Shown in pieces: positions 11,691 through 22,239 of a DNA stretch of 31,181 nucleotides (the stretch's first letter is position 1; the number at the start of each line of letters is the position of its first letter). Origin of the DNA: Albugo candida (Eukaryota). Below the pieces are notes generated by a model. The model was given only the letters and a program-made list of their open reading frames with translations, searched no databases and was not told the DNA's origin. The position numbers were made by a program, and so were the translations under genes. The stretch covers positions 434,001-465,181 of the forward strand of contig JBDOQK010000023.1 of the NCBI GenBank assembly GCA_040437565.1, given 5' to 3'.

Positions 11691-14600
11691 CTTATTATGG
11701 TGTAGACCATTGGGTTCTGGAGGCCATATTGCAGATTCTAATATTACGTTTTTAGAAATCTCAAACTTGATAAACGTACGTCTTGTTCTTATCGAATGTC
11801 GTGTGCCAAACAGCTCCAGAATCAGCAGATTATGAGCCACACACGATAGAACAACACGAGTTTTTACGAGAAGTCGGTTACTTTGTATGGAAGTTCAACG
11901 CCCGGATGAGGCTAGCAAGCAAGAAGCTTCACGGGCGTATCGACCCAATGAAGGTGCTTGAATGAGGCCGATCCGGCAATTGGAATGTAAAAGTCAATGG
12001 TATCAATGCCTTCACGATTGTTAGCCGAGAGCTACAGCAACCTATTAGTTCGGCTACAAGTACAGCAGTAAGTCGGAAATCCTGTAGAAAGGTTTTGCTT
12101 GGCAAAAAACGTACAATCGTATACAAATGAGACGACGAGTGAGCGGATTTAGGATGAAAAGGGGAGAAGCATTCAGACATCTCATCAAACTTGAAGCTTG
12201 TCTGCAGTTGGGGATTGCCGGAATACGACTCAATTTTGATGATAAAAGAACATATATCAAACATGTACCCATGATGTATCCGAAGGAGATTATCCTGCGG
12301 GAAGGCGAGTCTCTGCAACGGAAGGATCACGGCGCGCTTTTTTTAAATGCAATATGCAGTTTATGAAACAATGAGAAAATATTACACAGCGGGATCTAAG
12401 AGCACAAAAGTCTGATTAAAAGTGCTCTGGTTGCAAACATATTTGTCATGGAGCTCCCGAGGTCAACAGCACCCAGATTGGTTGCTGGATAGTGGGTTAG
12501 CAGTCATGGGAGTCCGTTTGAAGATGAACTAACCGATCTAACGCTAGTCATGTCATCGATTTAAATCACTGTGAAAAATGGCTTACAAGTATCAGCTACA
12601 AAAATGGAACGGCTTGTGTAACGCTAGAAAATGGAGCATGGGTAAAAGTCTATGATGTGCTATCATTTTCAGGAATGGTAAAGGCGACGATTTTTCGTCT
12701 CAGCTTTGGTGTCAAAAAGGAATCAATGTCGAATTTGAAAGAGAATGGTTCAATATTATGACACACCGTTGACTGGTGGCAATCCTGAGAAAAGACAAGC
12801 TGTATGTAATGCGATGTTCATTCAGAGTGGAGAATTGCCAGTTAAGAAAATGTGACACAAGTTGTGAATTAATGGCATGCGTGTCTGGGACACATGCCGA
12901 TGTCAAACCCAAAAGAGTCACAAAATGTAACGAAGGAATGAGTATGATGTAAATCAAGTTGATGATCATCAAATGTGTGAATGATATATCAATTGGAAAA
13001 TGAATGTGGAATCGTCAATAAAATCAAAGAACAGTGAGATCAAGACAGTCGAGTGCCGAACTTTTACACATTGAGATACAAACCAAATCACCGCGGTGCA
13101 AAGTATGCTGTCACGGTTTCGGCTTTTACTCCAGATAAGCTGTTACCTATTTTATTGTATCATAAAGCAAAGTCTTTGAAATAAAGATTGATGGAGAATC
13201 AATGAACGAAAGAGTAAAGTGTATTCGTACCGACAACGGAGGTGAATATATCAACAAGAAGTTAAAAAAGTTATTGTCGACACGCGNNNNNNNNNNNNNN
13301 NNNNNNNNNNNNNNNNNNNNNNNNNNNNNNNNNNNNNNNNNNNNNNNNNNNNNNNNNNNNNNNNNNNNNNNNNNNNNNNNNNNNNNTATTTCGAGATTAC
13401 GAAGGAATGATTCGAAAAGAAAAAATGATATTGCATTAAACAGACAAAGGAGATGGGAAGTTCTGTGCGGAAAATTGAAATCAGATAAAACATCTCGGTG
13501 CTCGAAAACAAAATCGAATTATATGTTCGATGGGCGTAAACCAAATCAGAAAGCTTTTGCAATTGAGAAAAATGGTCTACTTGTAAAAAATATGGGGATA
13601 AGAAAGTCGATTGTAGGAAGGATACCATTATCTACAAAGAAGGGAATGCTTTTACCTCTTACATTGCTTCAAATGTTGGTTCGATGATTGGCAGCGCGCT
13701 GGAAGCCATATGTGTCCCTTTCATCAAAAGTGACGAAGATTCGCTTTTTGGACAAGCCGATACTCATGTCGGTAGCTAATGGAGTTCAAATAGAAGCAAA
13801 TAAAGTCGGAATTGTCCATGTAAAGTTAGAAAATTAACACCGATACGAATTGTGGAAGTATTATATATATCTCAACTGGCTATAATATTATCATCAATCA
13901 CAGCATCGGCAGAAGAGGGACTTGATGCTACATTAGTGGAACAATTTGCAGATTCGAAAATAAAGAAGAAAAGCTTCAAAAACAAAAAAGTTATTCATCC
14001 TTCATTGTAAGCGTGTGGGAGATGCAAACATTGTAGGAAATATAAAAGAAGTAGTAAGACAGAAAGCACTGATATATAGCACGCTCGACTTGGTCTATAC
14101 AACCGGGAAACCGAATAATGTAGAAAATTGTCGCGATGGACCGGTCTTACAGCAAGTGGCGAAGATTACTGATGAAGAAAACACATGTTAAGGATGTGCG
14201 TTTGCATCACTTAGGGCCTACCAAAAGACAAAAAATGGAACCGTATCCAGACGCAATCGCTGTTTGAAATGATGTAAAGCGACGTCATGAGACGCACGCG
14301 CACAATTTCTCAACATGGTTACTTCCATTAATGACCATTCCATATATGTGATAGACTACATTATGAGGAAATGTAATTTCAGACCACCAAATATTTTCTT
14401 CAAAATTTAAGTCTTTGAATAAGAATCTATTATAAAGAAAGATCAAGTGCATTCGTACGGACAGTAGGGTTGAATACATCAATCAATCAATTAAACAGTA
14501 TACAAAGGCTGGAAGACGGCATAACACGACTTTTCTGTTTTTCTATTGGAAGAAGGTCTTGCAGAGAGATTGAACAGTGCAATTCAGAACGGGAAAGACG

Positions 14601-16427
14601 ATGATACACCTCATGCATGTCGAACAATAAAGGTGTGCCGAACCTATAAATACTGCAGAATATATCAAAAATCGCTTCTCCTGCGCTGCACGTCCAGAAA
14701 ATTACCGTTGTAGATGTGCGACTGTATTTTACAGGAATGCAAGTGCTTGGTGCGATAGACTACGCTCATGTTGTAAATTCTAAACGCAAAAGCCATAGAC
14801 AAAGTCATTTCGTTATGTATTTGTGGGTACTCTTATTATGGTGTAGACCATTGGGTTCTGGAGGCCATATTGCAGATTCTAATATTACGTTTTTAGAAAT
14901 CTCAAACTTGATAAACGTACGTCTTGTTCTTATCGAATGTCGTGTGCCAAACAGCTCCAGAATCAGCAGATTATGAGCCACACACGATAGAACAACACGA
15001 GTTTTTACGAGAAGTCGGTTACTTTGTATGGAAGTTCAACGCCCGGATGAGGCTAGCAAGCAAGAAGCTTCACGGGCGTATCGACCCAATGAAGGTGCTT
15101 GAATGAGGCCGATCCGGCAATTGGAATGTAAAAGTCAATGGTATCAATGCCTTCACGATTGTTAGCCGAGAGCTACAGCAACCTATTAGTTCGGCTACAA
15201 GTACAGCAGTAAGTCGGAAATCCTGTAGAAAGGTTTTGCTTGGCAAAAAACGTACAATCGTATACAAATGAGACGACGAGTGAGCGGATTTAGGATGAAA
15301 AGGGGAGAAGCATTCAGACATCTCATCAAACTTGAAGCTTGTCTGCAGTTGGGGATTGCCGGAATACGACTCAATTTTGATGATAAAAGAACATATATCA
15401 AACATGTACCCATGATGTATCCGAAGGAGATTATCCTGCGGGAAGGCGAGTCTCTGCAACGGAAGGATCACGGCGCGCTTTTTTTAAATGCAATATGCAG
15501 TTTATGAAACAATGAGAAAATATTACACAGCGGGATCTAAGAGCACAAAAGTCTGATTAAAAGTGCTCTGGTTGCAAACATATTTGTCATGGAGCTCCCG
15601 AGGTCAACAGCACCCAGATTGGTTGCTGGATAGTGGGTTAGCAGTCATGGGAGTCCGTTTGAAGATGAACTAACCGATCTAACGCTAGTCATGTCATCGA
15701 TTTAAATCACTGTGAAAAATGGCTTACAAGTATCAGCTACAAAAATGGAACGGCTTGTGTAACGCTAGAAAATGGAGCATGGGTAAAAGTCTATGATGTG
15801 CTATCATTTTCAGGAATGGTAAAGGCGACGATTTTTCGTCTCAGCTTTGGTGTCAAAAAGGAATCAATGTCGAATTTGAAAGAGAATGGTTCAATATTAT
15901 GACACACCGTTGACTGGTGGCAATCCTGAGAAAAGACAAGCTGTATGTAATGCGATGTTCATTCAGAGTGGAGAATTGCCAGTTAAGAAAATGTGACACA
16001 AGTTGTGAATTAATGGCATGCGTGTCTGGGACACATGCCGATGTCAAACCCAAAAGAGTCACAAAATGTAACGAAGGAATGAGTATGATGTAAATCAAGT
16101 TGATGATCATCAAATGTGTGAATGATATATCAATTGGAAAATGAATGTGGAATCGTCAATAAAATCAAAGAACAGTGAGATCAAGACAGTCGAGTGCCGA
16201 ACTTTTACACATTGAGATACAAACCAAATCACCGCGGTGCAAAGTATGCTGTCACGGTTTCGGCTTTTACTCCAGATAAGCTGTTACCTATTTTATTGTA
16301 TCATAAAGCAAAGTCTTTGAAATAAAGATTGATGGAGAATCAATGAACGAAAGAGTAAAGTGTATTCGTACCGACAACGGAGGTGAATATATCAACAAGA
16401 AGTTAAAAAAGTTATTGTCGACACGCG
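10246..16427. repeat. 3041-bp direct duplication flanking a 100-N gap (probable assembly artefact)
   Basis: 10246-13286 recurs at 13387-16427 (offset 3141; identical ORF sets in the track). N at 13287-13386. Confidence 0.9.
11693..13286 (+). mobile_element. Degenerate Ty1/copia element 2, first (gap-truncated) copy
   Basis: PBS-like GATTATGAGCC at 11828, gag YFVWKFNARMRLASKKLHGRID, protease WLLDSG (~12479), WHACLGH (~12873), integrase VKCIRTDNGGEYIN (~13214). Confidence 0.8.
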
Positions 16428-17045
16428 GGATTATACACACAAAACTGTATTTCACTTACTGAAACAAAACGGTTTGGTTGACTAATGGAAGGAGCTTGAT
16501 CTATGATAGCATGGGAGTGTGTCGATAAGAAGTGCTGAATGCAAGTGTCATGGTCGTGATGCATTGATCACCTGGTATCTTCAAGTCCTGTTTGCAGGAG
16601 TTGTTGCGTTGGATACCGCCGAAGAAGAATACGGTGAGCTATCTGTTAAATGGAAAAAAATCGCATGGATGAAGAGTCGTTTCGAAGAGTTGGGAATTCA
16701 GCAAGAGTTCGCAGTTACTGTGTAAGAGGATAATCAGAGCGCAATTTCTATTGCAGATAATGATATGTGTCTAAGTCGAGCAAAGCATATCGACCTTCGT
16801 CCTCATTTCGTCCGTGAGCAATTGGAATTAGGAATCGCAAAGTGGTGTATGTCGACTAAGCAATTGAAAGTGCTATTGAAAAAGTTACACGTTAGAGATT
16901 ACAGTCGAGGGAGAGTGTTACCAGTGTGGATCACATTTGGTACTAAAGGCCATGCGAAACTTCCCAATTTTCCGGCTACTACGTAACTCGCCAATTTAGT
17001 AGATACACCTCGAAAACAACCTTCTTCAATGATCTCCTCTCCAAC
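14834..17045 (+). mobile_element. Degenerate, internally deleted Ty1/copia element 2 (gag-PR-IN joined to RNase H; RT missing)
   Basis: Same 5' part as above. IRTDNGGEY and KQNGLV (~16460) are followed within ~150 bp by RNase H motifs VALDTAEEEY, EDNQSAISIA, RAKHIDLRPHFVRE and SRGRV. PPT GAGGGAGAG at 16907-16915, 3' LTR starts TGTTA at 16916; LTR end uncertain. Confidence 0.8.
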
Positions 17046-17149
17046 GAAATGGTTCAAGTCGACATATCGACATAAACGCGGGTTCTAGAGTCCACTTGTA
17101 GTGACTTGGCAACCCTCGTGAGTCACCGGCGTTGAATAATACATGATTG

Positions 17150-19036
17150 TTGATGAGTCATCAGCCTTGTGTGATAATGTGGAAAGTACCCCTCCCCCGG
17201 TGTGACGGTACCGGTGTAGGATGTGGTACCGGTGGTACATGCGGTACTATCACTGCCTCGTCACAGGGTGAGCCAAAGGTAACTGCAAGGGTGGATGACA
17301 CTAAACGTCCTGCTTTGGCAGAAATTATGAAGTCGCAAGAAACCTTGCGCAAAGATAGGGCTAGAGCGAAAGCGTAATACCGCGTGAAGCTCCCAAATCC
17401 AAAATTCTCAGATGTCGCTCCACAATATCTGAACTCTATACCGGATTCTATCCAGATTGGTCACTTGTGGCCAGCAGAATCGAGGCTGCAAATTTTTCAT
17501 GATTGCGAAGCAATTTTTCCAATGATTTTGGAAATGAGTCCCGCCTTGAATTAAATTCCCAATGAAAAATTGCTGACATCACTCTTCTAGGAACCCGGCA
17601 ACCCTGCGTTTTAGTCGCACCTGAGCAGTCCACAGATTAGACAGGTGTCCACAGTGCCAGGGGAAATGTTCGTGTGATGTTCACGTCCACGGCTGCATGT
17701 GAATAGCTGGAGTGCCAGTCAGTCACTATTCTAGGTAAAAGTATTTTCTTAAAGAATCCGACACCTTAGAACATTGATACTATCTGGATGATTTCGGTGT
17801 CGGTCCGGAAGTTGAGTGGGAGGGTATTTTGAAATATCTCCAAAGAAAGGTAAAAATTTACTCGATACCTTTCCAGAAGCAAATTGCTATAAAGGAGTCG
17901 CTACGTCGACGTGGAGAGTTTACTTTGCGTCATTCACGTGCCCTGAAGTAGTGGTACGTGTTGGAAAAGTATGTGAGCAAATCGCATTCGGCAAACATCT
18001 CTCCCATGTAAGGAGTAAGAATAATCCGATACCTATAGAACGTCCACGTTATGGTCGGCGTGGTCCATGCTGTTTAGATCTAGGAGACATTGCTACTCCA
18101 ACGGCTGTAGCTCCAAAACCAATGAAGAAAACAGCAGAAATAGCATTCGTGGTCACCAGAAAAAGCATGGATTGTCAGCTTCCGACTTAATAAGAAGCAA
18201 TAGTGATAGACCAACGAAAACTATCCCACCTAATATCGTAATAACTCGCCTCCGGATATCACAGCATCCGAAACAACACACCTCTCAAAAACATCTCTTC
18301 CAGTCCTGCATCTAAAGGACAGAACATCTCCACCTGTCTTATCACAACCAGTGCAGAGGGATGGGGATATCCATATGTAGATAGTTCATTCAGGTGGAAA
18401 ATATCACAATGCGGAGCCATTCCGACACATGGTTTTAAAAGCACGACCCAGTGCTCTACATGATTTGACGACCAAAAAATAACTTTCTGCTCTCGCGAAA
18501 ATGGAGGTGGAGTGAAAAGAAGTCGAAGTGGTTGGCAGCCCGGAACATGGTGCACGGTTTCAGATTATTCCCGTAGAAACACGGATACCAGAAGATGTAG
18601 CCACTTCAAAAGAGGTAGCTCAGTTTTTCCGAAAACGCCACAAGAAGGTTGGAAAAATGGAGCGACCAACCCGAGTTGGCGAGGTGGGATAGCTAATAGA
18701 AATTGATTTCAAAAACGCAACCCACACAAGCAGACTGGACATTCTGGTCCAAGCGGACGCACACATGTAACATGTGCACAGGCTAATTCAGGCCAACACG
18801 AATCCGGACAAAATTGTCCTAGAGCACTTAATCACCCGATCGCTATGAATGGTGTGCTACTTGCCTGTATGGCGTTCAAGGAAAAAGGAATATATGATGG
18901 TGCACATCTACTGCTGGTCAATCGGGTGTTACCTCCTTATGAATTGAGTGAGAATACACGTTTCCGACACGATGGAGTCTACATGCTGGGGGGAAAACTT
19001 TATCGAAAAGTGGAGTGATGTTCAAAAAAATCGCCA
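17150..19036 (+). pseudogene. Probable non-LTR retrotransposon ORF1 (gag-like) remnant of oomycete type
   Basis: Broken frames read QIRQVSTVPG.NVRVMFTSTAACE*LECQSVTILGK..LKESDTL..YYLDDFGVG, TSTWRVYFASFTCPEVVVRVGKVCEQIAFG, LIQANTNP and HLLLVNRVL. These resemble, from memory, proteins found upstream of oomycete LINE pol genes. Confidence 0.5.
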
Positions 19037-19040
19037 TATA

Positions 19041-20420
19041 GTGCGGGACATCTTTAACCATCAATCATTTAAGGAGTCGTTCGGGCTGTATCACAGCCAG
19101 TAAGATTTATCTTAATCAAAATCTGGCTCTGCCACAGGGAACTGGAGATAAAAAGCCTGAAAATTACAGACTCAGATTTATGTTCGGTATATTTTTGGCG
19201 AAGATATGGAAATTCTAAAGCCGAGAAAGTTTAAGGGATTTGGCTCGGGCACCAAAATGTTGTCCGGCTCAAAATGAACTCCAAATATACGATAGCTAAT
19301 CAGAGGACGACCAGGCTTCCATTCTAGCCAGTCAAATGGCTCAACGTCTATAATCACTTTCCTCGTGTTTAAACAGTCGACCCTCGTTGCTAATTCTTTA
19401 CAAAAACAATCAAAGATCATATCTAAAGTTCATTCATCAGTTACACCAATCACGTTGATGGCCATCATGATAGAGTTGAGGACTCGACGGTGGGATCGGT
19501 ATTTCTTCACGACGTATTTAGCAGCCTTCTTCGTCAATTGTTTTCGTTATGTATCCATGTATCGAAGACATTTCTGTGCATGGCGTCGAATGGCTGTGAG
19601 GGAGACGGATTCCAGAGCCTTCTGTACTGTGCTAACCATATATTTCAGCTGTAGTCACACGTTTTGCGATCATAGACCTTNNNNNNNNNNNNNNNNNNNN
19701 NNNNNNNNNNNNNNNNNNNNNNNNNNNNNNNNNNNNNNNNNNNNNNNNNNNNNNNNNNNNNNNNNNNNNNNNNNNNNNNNAAGGTCTATGATCGCAAAAC
19801 GTGTGACTACAGCTGAAATATATGGTTAGCACAGTACAGAAGGCTCTGGAATCCGTCTCCCTCACAGCCATTCGACGCCATGCACAGAAATGTCTTCGAT
19901 ACATGGATACATAACGAAAACAATTGACGAAGAAGGCTGCTAAATACGTCGTGAAGAAATACCGATCCCACCGTCGAGTCCTCAACTCTATCATGATGGC
20001 CATCAACGTGATTGGTGTAACTGATGAATGAACTTTAGATATGATCTTTGATTGTTTTTGTAAAGAATTAGCAACGAGGGTCGACTGTTTAAACACGAGG
20101 AAAGTGATTATAGACGTTGAGCCATTTGACTGGCTAGAATGGAAGCCTGGTCGTCCTCTGATTAGCTATCGTATATTTGGAGTTCATTTTGAGCCGGACA
20201 ACATTTTGGTGCCCGAGCCAAATCCCTTAAACTTTCTCGGCTTTAGAATTTCCATATCTTCGCCAAAAATATACCGAACATAAATCTGAGTCTGTAATTT
20301 TCAGGCTTTTTATCTCCAGTTCCCTGTGGCAGAGCCAGATTTTGATCAAGATAAATCTTACTGGCTGTGATACAGCCCGAACGACCCCTTAAATAGTTGA
20401 TGGTTATAGATCTCCCGCAC
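19041..20420. mobile_element. 640-bp inverted arms around a gap, each carrying the 3' end of an IS630/Tc1/mariner-type transposase; TATA on both outer sides
   Basis: 19041-19680 is the reverse complement of 19781-20420, with 6 mismatches confined to the outer 74 bp. TATA at 19037-19040 and 20421-20424. Confidence 0.8.
19781..20031 (+). pseudogene. Tc1/mariner-superfamily transposase C-terminal remnant (mirror copy on minus strand at 19430-19680)
   Basis: KVYDRKTCDYS*...TVQKALESVSLTAIRRHAQKCLRYMDT*RKQLTKKAAKYVVKKYRSHRRV matches the CDY..L...VP.AL.SV...IRR.A....RYMDAY..GL....A..AVKKY.SHRR tail I recall from PKFHCELN-type DDE transposases. Confidence 0.7.
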
Positions 20421-22039
20421 TATAAGGTCCGAAATTTTTTAAATAAGCGTTTAGCTAGTTTATGTTCTTTCCGATACTTTAACCGTCCGAGAAAAATATA
20501 TACAAGATGACAAGCAAATGAAGCAGCTGATAAAGCTATAATGTATAAAAGGGAATTGCTGGCGACACACCTCCAAAATAGATTTTTTTTCGCGAGGCGT
20601 AAATTAACCACTATTTCACCCTTTTTCCTAAACATACCCCACTACTTTCTTACCGTCAATGAATTAAATTAAGAGGTCTACTCTACGGATGTTTTGATAC
20701 TGCTCCCACCACTTTATTCAGACGTTCTGTCCTGCTTTTCCTGCTTTCAAACCTTCGTTTCTACTGATTTGATCTCTGCTGTTACACCTCCAGTCTTCGA
20801 ACACACCGTCCACATTTCTTGGCTGCTAGGTTCTCAGCTGCTTGCACCTACACTCCCCGACTCACTCCCCAATCCACTCCCCGATCCACTCCCCAGCTCC
20901 TCCCCAACCTAATCCTCAGTCCGCTCCACCCACCTTGTCCACATCTCCCGCCCCTGCTGCTCTTCACGCATCCAGTCCCGATATTTTGCTTGCAAATACT
21001 GCACCCCTATATTTGGTGAAAAAACCATCCTTTAGTTCTCGAATCCTATTGATAAGGCAGATAAACGACATGCACTATACACTGGGTTCGTCATAATAAT
21101 TGCGCGGTCAAAAGCTTTGTCGAAGCAGCGCCTCGGCCAGCCGACACATACCGGTAGGTACCGGTTAAAGCAGTCATCANNNNNNNNNNNNNNNNNNNNN
21201 NNNNNNNNNNNNNNNNNNNNNNNNNNNNNNNNNNNNNNNNNNNNNNNNNNNNNNNNNNNNNNNNNNNNNNNNNNNNNNNCTATAAGGTCCGAAATTTTTT
21301 AAATAAGCGTTTAGCTAGTTTATGTTCTTTCCGATACTTTAACCGTCCGAGAAAAATATATACAAGATGACAAGCAAATGAAGCAGCTGATAAAGCTATA
21401 ATGTATAAAAGGGAATTGCTGGCGACACACCTCCAAAATAGATTTTTTTTCGCGAGGCGTAAATTAACCACTATTTCACCCTTTTTCCTAAACATACCCC
21501 ACTACTTTCTTACCGTCAATGAATTAAATTAAGAGGTCTACTCTACGGATGTTTTGATACTGCTCCCACCACTTTATTCAGACGTTCTGTCCTGCTTTTC
21601 CTGCTTTCAAACCTTCGTTTCTACTGATTTGATCTCTGCTGTTACACCTCCAGTCTTCGAACACACCGTCCACATTTCTTGGCTGCTAGGTTCTCAGCTG
21701 CTTGCACCTACACTCCCCGACTCACTCCCCAATCCACTCCCCGATCCACTCCCCAGCTCCTCCCCAACCTAATCCTCAGTCCGCTCCACCCACCTTGTCC
21801 ACATCTCCCGCCCCTGCTGCTCTTCACGCATCCAGTCCCGATATTTTGCTTGCAAATACTGCACCCCTATATTTGGTGAAAAAACCATCCTTTAGTTCTC
21901 GAATCCTATTGATAAGGCAGATAAACGACATGCACTATACACTGGGTTCGTCATAATAATTGCGCGGTCAAAAGCTTTGTCGAAGCAGCGCCTCGGCCAG
22001 CCGACACATACCGGTAGGTACCGGTTAAAGCAGTCATCA
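20420..22039. repeat. 760-bp direct duplication flanking a 100-N gap (probable assembly artefact)
   Basis: 20420-21179 equals 21280-22039; N at 21180-21279. Confidence 0.9.
21711..21769. repeat. 12-bp tandem repeat CACTCCCCRNNN x5 (duplicate at 20851-20909)
   Basis: cactccccgact cactccccaatc cactccccgatc cactccccagct cctccccaacc. Confidence 0.85.
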
Positions 22040-22239
22040 AGTGATGACTGCTTGAATTTGCCAGCTTCGAGAGCGGTTTCAAGATGGGCATCGACGTGGC
22101 AGTTGCAAATTGGACAAGGTAACTCAGAGAATCCAGTAGCAGAAGGCTTAGAATAGCAGTAGAATTGGCGAATTAAGGACCTAAATGAATGAATTTTGAT
22201 TTTTTCCATCACGTGTCCGGCGACCTTTATTCTTTAAAA

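Noticed and set aside
10246..16427. Recent tandem gene-cluster duplication
   Set aside because: The copies abut a 100-N gap and consist of decayed copia sequence. An assembly overlap is simpler.
11693..16955. LTR pair 11693/14834 versus 16916
   Set aside because: Only the first ~35 nt look loosely similar (…GGCCAT). No convincing full alignment or TSD by eye.
17205..17250. GGTAC-rich short repeats
   Set aside because: Explained by Gly/Thr low-complexity coding at the start of the ORF1-like remnant.
7270..19036. One LINE split by the copia insertions
   Set aside because: The ORF1-like segment lies downstream of ORF2 on the same strand, which is the wrong order for a single element.
19365..20096. 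Identical 154-aa ORFs on both strands (and the 80-aa pair at 19178 and 20041)
   Set aside because: They are by-products of the inverted repeat and of reading through Ns. The meaningful frame is the decayed transposase tail.
20851..21769. CRISPR-like or telomeric array
   Set aside because: Contiguous 12-bp units with no spacers, no cas genes, and not a TTTAGGG-type repeat.
22028..22070. Helitron 3' end or rho-independent terminator at the hairpin
   Set aside because: No CTRR terminus at the expected distance on either strand, no Rep/helicase nearby, and the context is eukaryotic.
21892..22212. 106-aa Cys-containing minus-strand ORF as an effector
   Set aside because: No clear signal peptide in frame, and the opposite strand shows MULE-like motifs.
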